NCBI GenBank assembly: GCA_046542505.1
Contig: JBKHBH010000004.1
Location: forward strand, 1 to 52,899
Reading direction: 5' to 3'
Source of the DNA: Thermovirgaceae bacterium
Lineage (GTDB): Bacteria; Synergistota; Synergistia; Synergistales; Thermovirgaceae
Length of the DNA stretch: 52,899 nt
The notes under the pieces are model-generated. The model ran no database searches. It had not been told where the DNA came from and worked only from the letters and a program-made list of their open reading frames with translations. Shown here one piece after another: positions 37,736 to 47,871 of this stretch. How positions within the stretch are numbered: the stretch's first letter is position 1; each line of letters begins with the position of its first letter. The position numbers and the translations under genes were made by a program.

Positions 37736-39349
37736 CTACAGCACCGTTTCCCCGCTGCCTGTTTCCTCTATCCTGTCTCTCACAGTCTCAAGAAGGGTCC
37801 GTGCCGACGACAAGAGGGCCACGTACTCTTCCCTGTTGACATCTTTCTTCTCTTTCAGGAGTGACGCCATGAGGGAAATCTCCGAGAGAGCCGCTTCACC
37901 TTCAGCCCCTGATTCAGCACCTCGACTGCTCGAACGAACGGTTCCGGCCGTGACCGCTTCACGGCTCGGCTTCAGCTCGAATTCCTGTCCAAGCGACGGG
38001 ATAACGGCCTTGAACCCTTTGTCCTTCAATGCTTCCGCCAGGGCCCCGGCAGCCTCCTCTTCACCGTGGGTGATGAAAAAGGTCGGGTCCGTCCTGAAGT
38101 TCCCGGCCCAGGCAAGGAGGTCCCTTCTGTCCGCATGGGCCGAAAACCCGTTGATAGTATGAAGCGTTGCGTTCACGGCGACTTCCTCCCCTGCGACGCG
38201 AACGGACTCCGCCCCCTCGACGAGTCTTCTCCCCAGGGTCCCGCGAGCCTGATATCCCACGAAGACGACATGGGCGTCCTCCCTGTAGAGATTGTTCTTG
38301 AGATGATGGACGATCCTCCCGCCGGTGCACATGCCGCTTCCGGCCATGACGATGGCGTGCTTCACGGAGTTTATGGCTTTTGATTCATCCACACTCTCCA
38401 CAATGTGCAACTGTTTTGGAGAAAAGGGATCCGTCCCCTTGCGGATCTTGTCCTGAATTTCGCTCGAGAGAAGGGCGACATGCTCATTGTAAATCGCTGT
38501 CGCCTTCATCCCCATCGGCGAGTCGAAGTAAATCGGGACGTTGTCCGGAAGGATCCCTTCAAGCTGCATCAGGGTCAATTCGTAGAGAACCCTTTGCGCT
38601 CTGTCAACGACGAATGTGGGGATGAGTACCTTGCCGTGATCCTTGAGCATGGTCCTCATGGTTTCACGGAATTCCTCCCGGCTTTCCTCGTTGGTCTTGT
38701 GTTCCCGGTTCCCGTAGGTGGACTCTATAACGACATAATCCGCTTCCTCGATGAAAGACGGATTGCGCTCCATGACGGTCTTCTGCGGACCAAGATCGCC
38801 GGAAAAAACGATCTTGACTTCTTCGTTCCCCTCGGAAAGCCACAGCTCGAGGTTGGCGCTCCCGAGGATATGACCCGCGTCCCGGAACCTGACGCGAATG
38901 CCGGTTTCGATGTCGATAACATCGTCGTAGCTCGCGGACCTGAGCTGACTGAAAGCCTGTTGTGCGTCTTCCTCGGTAAAGAGAGGTTCCACTGGAGGCA
39001 GGCCTTTGCGGCGATTCTTCCTGGTTTTCCATTCGGCATCCTCTTTCTGGATATGGGCCGCATCTTTCCAGAGGACCTCGGAAAGCTCCAGCGTCGGGCG
39101 CGTCGCGTATACGGGGCCCGTAAATCCTTCCTTTACAAGAAGCGGAACCCGCCCTGTATGATCAAGATGGGCATGGGTCAGGATCACCGCTGCGAGCTCC
39201 GAAGGCTCAAAATCCAGGGGATCCATGTTTTTCTCCTGTTGTCGTCCCTGGTAAAGGCCGCAATCGACAAGGATCTTTTTACCGCCGACTTCGAGAAGAT
39301 AATTCGACCCTGTGACCTCACCTGCTGCTCCAAGAACACGTATTTTCAT
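37736..39349 (-). CDS. MBL-fold beta-CASP ribonuclease
   Basis: GAAGEVTGS, HAHLDHTG, AGHILGS, FSGDLG, ESTYG, SGMC.GGR, FSAHAD. Confidence 0.92.
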   Translation of the reverse strand: MKIRVLGAAGEVTGSNYLLEVGGKKILVDCGLYQGRQQEKNMDPLDFEPSELAAVILTHAHLDHTGRVPLLVKEGFTGPVYATRPTLELSEVLWKDAAHIQKEDAEWKTRKNRRKGLPPVEPLFTEEDAQQAFSQLRSASYDDVIDIETGIRVRFRDAGHILGSANLELWLSEGNEEVKIVFSGDLGPQKTVMERNPSFIEEADYVVIESTYGNREHKTNEESREEFRETMRTMLKDHGKVLIPTFVVDRAQRVLYELTLMQLEGILPDNVPIYFDSPMGMKATAIYNEHVALLSSEIQDKIRKGTDPFSPKQLHIVESVDESKAINSVKHAIVMAGSGMCTGGRIVHHLKNNLYREDAHVVFVGYQARGTLGRRLVEGAESVRVAGEEVAVNATLHTINGFSAHADRRDLLAWAGNFRTDPTFFITHGEEEAAGALAEALKDKGFKAVIPSLGQEFELKPSREAVTAGTVRSSSRGAESGAEGEAALSEISLMASLLKEKKDVNREEYVALLSSARTLLETVRDRIEETGSGETVL

Positions 39350-39500
39350 GACATCGCCCCAAAAAGGGGCTCCCTCCCTTCATCGGGTGGTACCGTCCGG
39401 CTTCTTCCTTCTTCCAACAAAACTTACTCATTTTATACTAAGATGAGATGAACAGATCGTCCATAAAACTCCCATATGAAGGGTCACATTTGGAGGAACC

Positions 39501-40016
39501 ATGGACCTCGCAGGTTTGCTGCTTATCTTCTTTGCCCGTCTTCTAGACGTTTCCCTCGGGACATTCCGCATCCTGCTTCTGGTGAGGGGCAGGAAAGCGC
39601 AGGCCGCCTTCACGGCTTTCTTCGAGTCGGGTATTTACCTTGTCGCCCTCGGATATGTCCTCAAAAACGGCATTACCTCGCCGCTTCAGATCATCGCCTA
39701 CGCCGGGGGGTTTGCCGTGGGGAACTACCTCGGTGTCCTTCTTGAATCGAAACTGCTGAGCTCCTTCGTCCTCGTGGAGGCCATCACTCCACAAACGGAA
39801 GCCGCCATGACCCTTGTCGACACCCTCAGGGAAGAAGGGTTCGGCACAACCGTGATCCATGGCGAGGGAAAGGCTGGCGACCGCCTCATCCTCAAAATAC
39901 TCTGCCAGCGCTCGGAAATCCCGTATATCTCAAAGATGATCGGCAACACAGGGTTTGTCTTCGTATCCGACGTCAGGGGCGTCTGGGGAGGCCATTTCAG
40001 GCAGAAGCGGAAGTGA
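39501..40016 (+). CDS. DUF2179/UPF0316-like membrane protein
   Basis: IFFAR..DVSLGT.R, YA.GFA.GNY.G, LRE.GFG.T. Confidence 0.8.
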   Translation: MDLAGLLLIFFARLLDVSLGTFRILLLVRGRKAQAAFTAFFESGIYLVALGYVLKNGITSPLQIIAYAGGFAVGNYLGVLLESKLLSSFVLVEAITPQTEAAMTLVDTLREEGFGTTVIHGEGKAGDRLILKILCQRSEIPYISKMIGNTGFVFVSDVRGVWGGHFRQKRK

Positions 40017-41358
40017 GAGGCGCCAGGCAGCGGATTGTCGTCCCTTCTTTCGGGATGGAATGGATTTCAAGCGTCCCTCCAATGAGACTCATCCGCTCGC
40101 TCATGTTGGCGAGGCCGCGGTGGCCGCTAACCCGAAGAGTCTCCACATCAAATTTTGCTTCAAACCCCTCACCGTCATCGGAAATCTCCAGCACCGCCCT
40201 GTCCTCATCCCTGAAAAGCCTTATCGTCACCGAATCCGCGTGGCCGTGCCTCGCTGAATTGTGAACCGCTTCCTGGACCACGCGGAAAAAGGCAAGAGTT
40301 TGATCACGCGACAGGGATACGTTGTTTTCGGCTTCCACATTCACGGACACCCCCAGGTGTCTTGAAAGCCGTCCGGCCAGCTCATGAAGCGCCTGATCGA
40401 GCCCGAGATCGAGCCAGGGCGGTGAAAGCTCGTCGCACAGGGCACGGAGTTCTCGAACAGCATGAACGGCCCCTTCCTCGGCAAGATGGAGCCTCGTTCC
40501 GGGCTGCCTTGACTCCGATTCCGAGGCCGCCAGCCGCAGTTGCTGTATCAGGGCTGTCACGTCCTGAAGCGGACCGTCGTGGATCTCCCGGGCAAGCTTT
40601 GACCTTTCCTCCTCCTGGACATGAACGAGATCGCTGACGTATCGTCTCATGAGCTTCGCGCGCTCAACGGCTGAAAGAGCCAGTTGATACAGGACCTGCC
40701 GCAATCTCCTGAGCTGGAAGACAGCACGAGGATCATCGCTTTGGGGAACTTCCTTCCCCCATTTCAGCACTGACACCTCGGATTCAAGTGATCTGAGCGG
40801 GGATACGAGCCACCTCCAGAGGGCGTAGACGGACAGAAGCCCCAAAAGCCCTGTAATGCCTACAAAAAGCGGCCAGCGGTTGAAGGCTATCATGGGACCC
40901 AGAAGCTCGTTCCACGAAACAGCCGCGATAACAAACCACCCTGTTTCGCCGGCAGGATATGCCGCCAGGGTTAACCTGTCACCGTCAGCGGTTTTGATAT
41001 CAACAGCGTTCCTGACAGGAAATTCCCGCTCCCAAAGGTTCGCAAGAATGCCCGCGCCCGGCGTGGAAACCAAAAGGCGCCCCCCTGAATCGACAACGGC
41101 GACCCAGCCAGGCATGGAAAAATCAAAATTCATCCGCTGGACGCGCATCATCTGTTCCAGTCTGGCGAAACCGCTTCCTGTACGCCATCCTGTCTCAATT
41201 TGTCCGGCCACGTTTTGTGCGAGATCCTCGACGTACGACTGGGCGACCACCTCCATGGCCTCCTTGTGCTGGATCATCCCCGCCCCTCCGATCACCAGGG
41301 CCGAAAAGGAAGGCAGGAGGACAGCCACCGTCAGAAGGACCAGAAGATGCCGCTTCAT
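39997..41358 (-). CDS. Sensor histidine kinase (HisKA_3 / NarX-like)
   Basis: Two TM segments; EEER..LAREIHDGP.Q, QEA.HN..RH, DDG.GF, GL..M.ER. Confidence 0.93.
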   Translation of the reverse strand: MKRHLLVLLTVAVLLPSFSALVIGGAGMIQHKEAMEVVAQSYVEDLAQNVAGQIETGWRTGSGFARLEQMMRVQRMNFDFSMPGWVAVVDSGGRLLVSTPGAGILANLWEREFPVRNAVDIKTADGDRLTLAAYPAGETGWFVIAAVSWNELLGPMIAFNRWPLFVGITGLLGLLSVYALWRWLVSPLRSLESEVSVLKWGKEVPQSDDPRAVFQLRRLRQVLYQLALSAVERAKLMRRYVSDLVHVQEEERSKLAREIHDGPLQDVTALIQQLRLAASESESRQPGTRLHLAEEGAVHAVRELRALCDELSPPWLDLGLDQALHELAGRLSRHLGVSVNVEAENNVSLSRDQTLAFFRVVQEAVHNSARHGHADSVTIRLFRDEDRAVLEISDDGEGFEAKFDVETLRVSGHRGLANMSERMSLIGGTLEIHSIPKEGTTIRCLAPLTSASA

Positions 41359-41990
41359 ACAATCAGTTCCTCCAGTGAGACCACGCCGTATTTCAAAGCA
41401 AGGAGCATGGCTTCCGTCTTGTTTTTTGCCCCGAGTTTGTCGTAAATGGACCCTAGATGGGTCTGGACCGTCCGTTCGCTGATGTAAAGCTTTCCGGCAA
41501 TCTCTTTGCTGGAAAGCCCCCTGGCTGCCTCGAGCAGAACTTCCCGCTCCCGGGTGGACAAATTCTCCGGAGAGAAAGCAGGTCCTTCCATAGCCCGGGA
41601 AACTTCCGAATCCAGGTAGAGACCGCCCGACGCAACGATCCGTATGGCCCTGGCCAGTTCCTCCGGTGTCGCCGTCTTGAGGACGAAGCCCTTCGCCCCG
41701 GCCCTCAGGGAGGAAAGAACATACTGCTGGGCATCGTAGGAGGTCAGCATGACCACAGCCGTTGCCGGTGCGATCACCCTGACCCTTCGGGCAAGGGAAA
41801 CACCGCTCTCTCCTGGCATGCGGATATCCAGCAGCGCCACGTCCGGCTTCTTTCTTTCAATGAGTTCACCGGCTTCGATTCCGTCGGAAGCCTCGCCAAC
41901 AAGGTCGAATTCTTCCTCCCTGAGCAGGTAATCCCGGATACCCACCCGTGTCAACGGATGATCATCGGCGAGAACAATCCGTATTGTCAT
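41355..41990 (-). CDS. NarL/LuxR-family response regulator
   Basis: LADDH, LLDIRMP, LS.RE.EVL...A.G.S.KEIA..L.ISE.TV. Confidence 0.95.
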   Translation of the reverse strand: MTIRIVLADDHPLTRVGIRDYLLREEEFDLVGEASDGIEAGELIERKKPDVALLDIRMPGESGVSLARRVRVIAPATAVVMLTSYDAQQYVLSSLRAGAKGFVLKTATPEELARAIRIVASGGLYLDSEVSRAMEGPAFSPENLSTREREVLLEAARGLSSKEIAGKLYISERTVQTHLGSIYDKLGAKNKTEAMLLALKYGVVSLEELIV

Positions 41991-42339
41991 GGATACACCC
42001 CCTGCTTCCTTTCAGTTTCCCTTACTTCCCGTGTTTCACATATCCGCCTGTTTGCGGATTTCCGCCGCCGAGCCCCCGGAATCCCGACGTTGACTACCGC
42101 GAAGAAGCCAGTGGGCCTGGCCAAGGCGCCGGCCCACTGGGGACACAAGTATTGCTCGCCGAAATGACGGCAACCCCCCGCAGCTTCGGGGCACGAGGGC
42201 CCGAAAAGTCAGTTCCGGAGAAGTTTTTTCAGCATGATGTATTCACGATCTTTTCAGGAGTGATAAACTGACAGAAGAGTTGATAAAAGGAACAGTACCA
42301 CAAACAGGGCTGTTCCGACATGCCGGAGGGTGATTGCCC

Positions 42340-42807
42340 ATGGCTTCAAGACATGCTTTCGTGAAACCGGTGCTGCTTATTTTCCTCGCGCTGGGACTTG
42401 CCGTGAGCCTTTTTTACAATTTCAGACATCTTTCAGAAATCCGTTCCCTTGAGGCGGAAATCGACAATCACGTTCTCAGGGAAAAGCTTCTCGAAGAAGA
42501 AAACGAACGCTGTCGTGAAGCCGTTCCACCCGGGCCGGACTGGAAAGGACGCATCACGGAATCCATATCGGATCCGAGGAATCATGTCCTCGAGGACCTG
42601 CTTTCACAGAGGGACCTTCTACCCTGGGAAGGTGTTCTCGGGGGGACGATGAAAATCCACCGGGAGCGTGACGTATGGTTTTTCGGGCCTTCATGGTGTA
42701 TGGCCTATGTGGAGGATGGTCACATCGGCGGATACATACTGCTCTCCTACGAGATCGAAGAAACCGGGATCAAATGGGAACTTTTGGAAGCGGCACCCCT
42801 CGAATAA
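42340..42807 (+). CDS. Hypothetical membrane-anchored protein
   Basis: GGAGGG RBS; N-terminal TM, coiled coil, GVLGGTM and EDGHI.G motifs. Confidence 0.7.
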   Translation: MASRHAFVKPVLLIFLALGLAVSLFYNFRHLSEIRSLEAEIDNHVLREKLLEEENERCREAVPPGPDWKGRITESISDPRNHVLEDLLSQRDLLPWEGVLGGTMKIHRERDVWFFGPSWCMAYVEDGHIGGYILLSYEIEETGIKWELLEAAPLE

Positions 42808-42843
42808 CAGGGGGCACCGCTTCCGTCTCTGAAAATGCAAGAA

Positions 42844-43416
42844 TCAGCTGTCTTCCCCGAGACCGATTTCAGATTCCACGGGGCGCAGGGCTTCGATAAC
42901 CTCCCCTATGAGATCCTCCAGAGACTGGCCCAGAAGGTCCGCTCCATTTTGGATGACATCCCTGTCGACTCCTCTGGCAAAGGCCTTGTCCTTCCATTTC
43001 TTCTTGACCGATTTGACCTTGAGATCCAACAGCGACTTGCTGGGACGCACCAGGGCGACGGCGGTAATGAACCCTGTAAGTTCGTCCACCGCGTACAAAT
43101 GCTTTTCCATGTTTGATTCGGGCCTGACATCGCTGCAGATCCCCCAGCCATGCGACAGGACCGCGCGTACGACTTCGGCGGGATACCCCTCTTCCTCGAG
43201 AATCTGCGCCCCCACGTGGGTGTGTCGATCCGGAGCTTCCTGGGTTTTCTCCCAATCGAGGTCATGCAGAAGGCCCGTAATACCCCACAGGTCTTCGTCT
43301 TCTCCCGACTTGCGCGCAAAATGCCGCATGGCGGCTTCCACGGCCAGGGCATGTTTGATGTGTCCTTCTTCCTTATTGTGCTCTTTCAGCAGTTTCAGAG
43401 CTTCGTCCCTGTTCAT
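42844..43416 (-). CDS. HD-domain (HDIG) phosphohydrolase
   Basis: H..AVEA.MR, GLLHDLD, H...G, SH, DEL.G; AGGAGG RBS. Confidence 0.88.
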   Translation of the reverse strand: MNRDEALKLLKEHNKEEGHIKHALAVEAAMRHFARKSGEDEDLWGITGLLHDLDWEKTQEAPDRHTHVGAQILEEEGYPAEVVRAVLSHGWGICSDVRPESNMEKHLYAVDELTGFITAVALVRPSKSLLDLKVKSVKKKWKDKAFARGVDRDVIQNGADLLGQSLEDLIGEVIEALRPVESEIGLGEDS

Positions 43417-43453
43417 TGTGGTTCCTCCTTCTTGAGTGTTGTCTTGCATCCTC

Positions 43454-46099
43454 TCAGACGAAAACAAAGGTTTCCAAAAGTCCCGGGTCGACCTTGTCGG
43501 CAAGGATCTTTCGGATTCCCGTATGGTTGCGGATGAGTTCCTCGAGTTTCCTGGCCGACGCCGGCGCCCCTGATTTAAGCTGTAAAGAGAGCTTCCTTGC
43601 TTCGGCGATTTCCCCCAGGGCAACGAGGCTCACAGCCTGACCGTAGAGCGGGGCCGGGTGTCTGAGGGACACATAGGCCTTGCGGAATCCCTCCAGGGCT
43701 TCCGTCCACTTGCCCAGGTGAGCTGCCGCCACGGCACCGAGATAGGCTGTTTCCTCGACCACTTTCTTGTCCGCCCGCTCCCACAAGACCGGCCCGGGAT
43801 CACTCATTCTCGCCCTCCTGGCACAGCTTTCCACAAGACCCCATTCTTCTATGCCGGCCAGACCCGCTGCCAGGAGCCCCAGACCGTCCGGGCCGAGTTC
43901 TTCCTGTGGTACCGACATGAGACCCGATTTGGCCGAGCGGTCACCGGAAAGCCCCCGTGCCGCCGATTCGACAAGTTTCAACCAGGCATTCCCGTCATCG
44001 CCCGTGACATGTTTTCTCGCCTGATAGAGATTTTTCGTCGCGATAAAAACCCTGATCTTCCAATAGCGGGCAGCCTGGCCCAGCTGATTTTGGGGAAGAG
44101 GATCATGAAGCAACCGCTCCGCTTCAGGCCATTTCCCCTTCTCCACAAGAGCCCTCCCGTGCCAAAATCTGGCTTCGGGCAACGTTATTTCGTCTTTGGC
44201 CCCTTCAAAGAACCGCAAGGCCTGGTCGAGGCGTCCCGAAGATGCCTTCAGCGTGCCCAGCCTTTCAGCGCACAAGACTTTCTCTTTTCCCTCGAGGCCC
44301 TGGCTCCAGGCCTTTTCGTAAAGCTCTTCCGCCTCTTCCGGGTTGCCTCTTTCCTCTTGTTTTTGCGCCAGTGAAAGCGCCGCGGACCCCGTACCGGAAG
44401 GGTCATCCACAAGAGTCTGGTAAATCTCCTCAGCCTTTTCCTTCAATCCTGCCCGATTGTACAATTCCGCTAGTTTATGCCAGTCTTCCGTCCTTCGTGG
44501 CTCCAGCTCCAGGGCCACTTCCAGCGACGCCGTTGCTGAGGAGGCATCGTCCATGGACTCATGGCATGCCGCAAGCAACCGGTGAGCCCCGGCGTCATCC
44601 GGACGGGAGGCAAGCACCGACTTGAGGACCTCGGCCGCAAAAGGCAGTGCCTCTTTATCTTTTGTTGCCAGGAGAGCCCGCCCCAACCCAAGCAGGGTCT
44701 CCGCCTGCTGTCTCCATGAGCGCGTCACGATATCCATTAAAGCCTCGCTGCTCGCGGGCGAATCAAGTCTCTCGAAAGGGAGGTTTCTAAGGATCGACGG
44801 CGGGACTTCGCCGCCTCGCTTTTCCAGGCCTTCTCTGACATGATCGACGGATTTTCGCCATTTCCCTGCCAAGAAGGCGGCAAAGGCCAGTGCGTAACGC
44901 CTGTCGGCCTCTTCCGGGGCCTCCAGAACCGCTTTTTCCAGAAGCGATTCCGCCTGAACAGTTTCGCCGGCCCAAAGGGCGGAAAGGCCCTGGAAAAAGA
45001 CGCTGTCTTTGTCCTCAGGACGGGTTGAAAAAATCCGCCACGCCTTTTTTTGCTCTCCAGTCATATAAAGAGCTTTGCCATAAAGGACCGCCTCCCTGTC
45101 GTCGAGATCGGCGGCAAGGGGTTCGAGTACCGCGGCTGCATCGGACCAGAGCCCAGACTCGGCGTATGCGGCAGCCAGTTCGTATCGTCTGCTTCGGTCC
45201 GAGGGATCCGCGTACATTTCTTTTTTCCTGATTTCGATACTTTGTTCCATCGCACCGTTCTCACCAGCCGGATCCTCCAGGTCAACGGCGGTAATGGTCT
45301 TCAGGTCCCAGGGCAGAACTTTCCGCTTGGACTGCAACCGCGATGACATTTTCGTCTTTGCGCGGTCGAGAATGTTCCGTACTTCCCTGGCGTTGCTGAA
45401 ATCCGAGGCTTTCGTCCGGTTTTCCATAATGCCTAGCAGCTTCCGCGACGCTTCGTCGGAAAACTCGAGGTTCTCCGCGGCGGCCATGAAATTGGCGATA
45501 CGGATCAATTCCGACGGTGTGTAATCCTCAAATTCCAGATGATAGGGGACACGGCTTTTGAGACCCGTAACCTTCTCGAAAAGCCGATCCAGCTCCACGG
45601 GATATCCTGCGAAGACCACAACAAGGGCGTCCCGGTAATCTTCCATCCCTTTGAGGATGACTTCCAGAGCCCGCTGGCCCGGGTCCGACGGACCTTCCCC
45701 GACAAGGGTGTAGGCCTCGTCGATGAAAAGGACGCCGTCGAGAGCTCTTTTGAGGACCTTTCTCGCCAGGGTTTCCGTCTCCCCCGGAGTGGATCCGACA
45801 AGCCTGGATCGGTCGATCTCGACCACATCTCCGACGCGGAGAATGCCGTACCGGCGGAAAATCTCACCCAAGAGCCTCGCCACCGTGGTTTTTCCCGTTC
45901 CGGGGTTGCCCCTGAAAGCGAAGTGAAATGATTCCAGTTGCAACCGCCCAAGGTCCTCCCTTTCCCTGTGGCGGTTAAGCCACAACATGGCTTCAATGCG
46001 CCGCAGCTCACGCTTGATGGACCAGAGGCCTATCAATGCGTCGATGTCGACACCTGGATCACGCTTCTTCCGGGATATTTCAATCGCCATGGACGTCAT
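43454..46099 (-). CDS. CbbX/SpoVK-like AAA+ ATPase fused to a long C-terminal TPR-like region
   Basis: GNPGTGKT, LFIDEAY, FAGY, LKSR, SNAREVRN; then about 590 aa of helical A/L/Y/G repeats; start uncertain (46102/46099/46090). Confidence 0.85.
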   Translation of the reverse strand: MTSMAIEISRKKRDPGVDIDALIGLWSIKRELRRIEAMLWLNRHREREDLGRLQLESFHFAFRGNPGTGKTTVARLLGEIFRRYGILRVGDVVEIDRSRLVGSTPGETETLARKVLKRALDGVLFIDEAYTLVGEGPSDPGQRALEVILKGMEDYRDALVVVFAGYPVELDRLFEKVTGLKSRVPYHLEFEDYTPSELIRIANFMAAAENLEFSDEASRKLLGIMENRTKASDFSNAREVRNILDRAKTKMSSRLQSKRKVLPWDLKTITAVDLEDPAGENGAMEQSIEIRKKEMYADPSDRSRRYELAAAYAESGLWSDAAAVLEPLAADLDDREAVLYGKALYMTGEQKKAWRIFSTRPEDKDSVFFQGLSALWAGETVQAESLLEKAVLEAPEEADRRYALAFAAFLAGKWRKSVDHVREGLEKRGGEVPPSILRNLPFERLDSPASSEALMDIVTRSWRQQAETLLGLGRALLATKDKEALPFAAEVLKSVLASRPDDAGAHRLLAACHESMDDASSATASLEVALELEPRRTEDWHKLAELYNRAGLKEKAEEIYQTLVDDPSGTGSAALSLAQKQEERGNPEEAEELYEKAWSQGLEGKEKVLCAERLGTLKASSGRLDQALRFFEGAKDEITLPEARFWHGRALVEKGKWPEAERLLHDPLPQNQLGQAARYWKIRVFIATKNLYQARKHVTGDDGNAWLKLVESAARGLSGDRSAKSGLMSVPQEELGPDGLGLLAAGLAGIEEWGLVESCARRARMSDPGPVLWERADKKVVEETAYLGAVAAAHLGKWTEALEGFRKAYVSLRHPAPLYGQAVSLVALGEIAEARKLSLQLKSGAPASARKLEELIRNHTGIRKILADKVDPGLLETFVFV

Positions 46100-46572
46100 C
46101 AACTCCCGTCAACCTGATTCTGGCTGCGATATATCTCTTCCTCCAGGCCGGCCTCTTTCCTGAGCCGTCTGGAGAGTTCGTCGGGGTAGGGTTCCCTGAA
46201 GACAAGCCCAACAATCCCGGCGTTGATCAACGCCTTAGCGCAGAAGGCGCAAGGTTCATGAGTACAATAGAGCGTTGCCCCAGCCGTGGAAGAACCCACC
46301 GCCGCGGCCTGGGCTATGGCGTTGATCTCGGCATGCGAGCCCCGGCACATCTCATGACGCTCGCCAGAGGGGATCGAAAGCTCCTTCCTGAGGCACCCGA
46401 CATCGACACAATGGGGGACCCCCTTCGGCGCGCCATTATACCCCGTGCTGATAATCTGGCGGTCCCTGACGATGACGGCTCCAACGCTGCGTCTCAGGCA
46501 GGTGCTTCTCGTGGAAACCACGTCTGCGATGGACATGAAATAACTGTCCCATCCGGGTCTCGTTCCAGCCAT
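46099..46572 (-). CDS. dCMP deaminase / ComEB family zinc deaminase
   Basis: WD.YFM, RSTC.RR.VGA, TGYNG, HAE.NAI, PC..C. Confidence 0.92.
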   Translation of the reverse strand: MAGTRPGWDSYFMSIADVVSTRSTCLRRSVGAVIVRDRQIISTGYNGAPKGVPHCVDVGCLRKELSIPSGERHEMCRGSHAEINAIAQAAAVGSSTAGATLYCTHEPCAFCAKALINAGIVGLVFREPYPDELSRRLRKEAGLEEEIYRSQNQVDGS

Positions 46573-46583
46573 GCCGATCCCCC

Positions 46584-47147
46584 TCAGGCAAAAATGTTTT
46601 CTAACAGTATCTTCAGGCCGATCCCAAGCAGCAAAAGGCCGCCGAGGACAAGCATCTTCTCTCCGAAACGGCGGCCGATGCGGCGGCCGAAAACCATACC
46701 TGCCACAGAGAAGGCAACGGTCGTTGACCCGATGACTACTACCACGGGGACGATTCCCACGCCAAGGCCGACGAAGCCGGCTCCGGCTGCAAAGGCATCG
46801 ATACTGGTTCCGACGGAGAGGGCGAAAAGGGCTTTTCCCTTCGTCGGATCCGGCCACCTGGGGCAGCTGGTGCCGTCCTTGAACCCTTCAATGATCATAT
46901 GCCCCCCCACAGCCGAAAGCAGCAAGAAGGCAACCCAATGGTCCCATGACTGCATGATGCTGACAAAACCGGAGGCTGCCATCCATCCCAAAAGGGGCAT
47001 TACGGCCTGGAACACCCCAAAGCTTCCCGCCACCTTCAGCACCTGCTTCAGAGACAGCGCAGCCACACAAAGGGCTATGGCAATGGACACGGCAAAAGCA
47101 TCCATCGAGAGGCTGAAACCGAGCAAGGCTGCTGTTGCAAGATCCAT
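46584..47147 (-). CDS. mntP: Manganese efflux pump MntP
   Basis: [31 protein letters not shown]. Confidence 0.9.
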   Translation of the reverse strand: MDLATAALLGFSLSMDAFAVSIAIALCVAALSLKQVLKVAGSFGVFQAVMPLLGWMAASGFVSIMQSWDHWVAFLLLSAVGGHMIIEGFKDGTSCPRWPDPTKGKALFALSVGTSIDAFAAGAGFVGLGVGIVPVVVVIGSTTVAFSVAGMVFGRRIGRRFGEKMLVLGGLLLLGIGLKILLENIFA

Positions 47148-47818
47148 CAGGGGACATCCTCAAAGGAGTGGTTCGGGAAAACCACCTCCGGTGGGGGTCC
47201 GACTATCTTCCGTGTAGCCTCGAGTTCGAAGTCAAACAGGAGTTTCGTTATAGAAAGTTCCGTGATGTCATCGGTTTCGAAAGGGATCGAAAACCTTCTG
47301 TATCCGAATTGCTCAGCAAAAAAGGAATTGCCGCGCACATGGCTTTCAACGGCCGAATTCTGCAACAATTCCGAAAGCGCCGTTATGCAGCCCTGCTCAT
47401 TGAACAGTACGTTGTCGCTCACGAGGACGATTACCTTGCACTCGTCGATGAGCATGGTTCTGTCCCAAACGCCGCACAGGGCAAGCCCGGCGCTTATCCC
47501 GGGATACGCATCGGCGAAAAGGCCCAAAAAGGTTTCCATGGCCGTTGAATACCCGAAAACCATTGAAAAACCCGATGTGGCCGAGGCATTGCGTCCCGGA
47601 AGTATGAGGTTTTCCCTGAAAAGGGACCCCACCTGTCCCATTGTCGTCCCCTCGATGCAAAGGAGCTCGCTGTCAAGCTCAAGGGCCATCTCGGCGATCA
47701 GACCGATCTGCTCACTGTGAAGCGCGTTGATTGAAACGGGGGAAAAATCGACCCCGTAAGGCATCCAAGAGACAATTTCCAAGTCAACGTTCCTGTCCCA
47801 GTAGGGCAGAATTCCCAT
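47147..47818 (-). CDS. Hypothetical protein
   Basis: GGAGGA RBS before ATG 47818; TGATG coupling to mntP; no recognised motif. Confidence 0.7.
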   Translation of the reverse strand: MGILPYWDRNVDLEIVSWMPYGVDFSPVSINALHSEQIGLIAEMALELDSELLCIEGTTMGQVGSLFRENLILPGRNASATSGFSMVFGYSTAMETFLGLFADAYPGISAGLALCGVWDRTMLIDECKVIVLVSDNVLFNEQGCITALSELLQNSAVESHVRGNSFFAEQFGYRRFSIPFETDDITELSITKLLFDFELEATRKIVGPPPEVVFPNHSFEDVP

Positions 47819-47871
47819 GTTTTCAGTATCCTCCCGAAACAAAGGCTGTCTTTTCCCGTCATTATACTAGA

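Noticed and set aside
36765..38162. 465-aa plus-strand ORF (likewise 25362-26621 minus and 30766-31983 plus)
   Set aside because: Antisense to better-supported genes, with no recognisable protein features.
39386..39396. GGGTGGTACCG, resembling a T-box antiterminator motif
   Set aside because: No room for stem I, no downstream terminator, and the following gene is not evidently amino-acid related.
42258..42288. GAGTGATAAA / GAGTTGATAAA direct repeat
   Set aside because: The first copy is explained as an extended -10 (TGATAAACT), the same as at the hisC promoter; only two imperfect copies.
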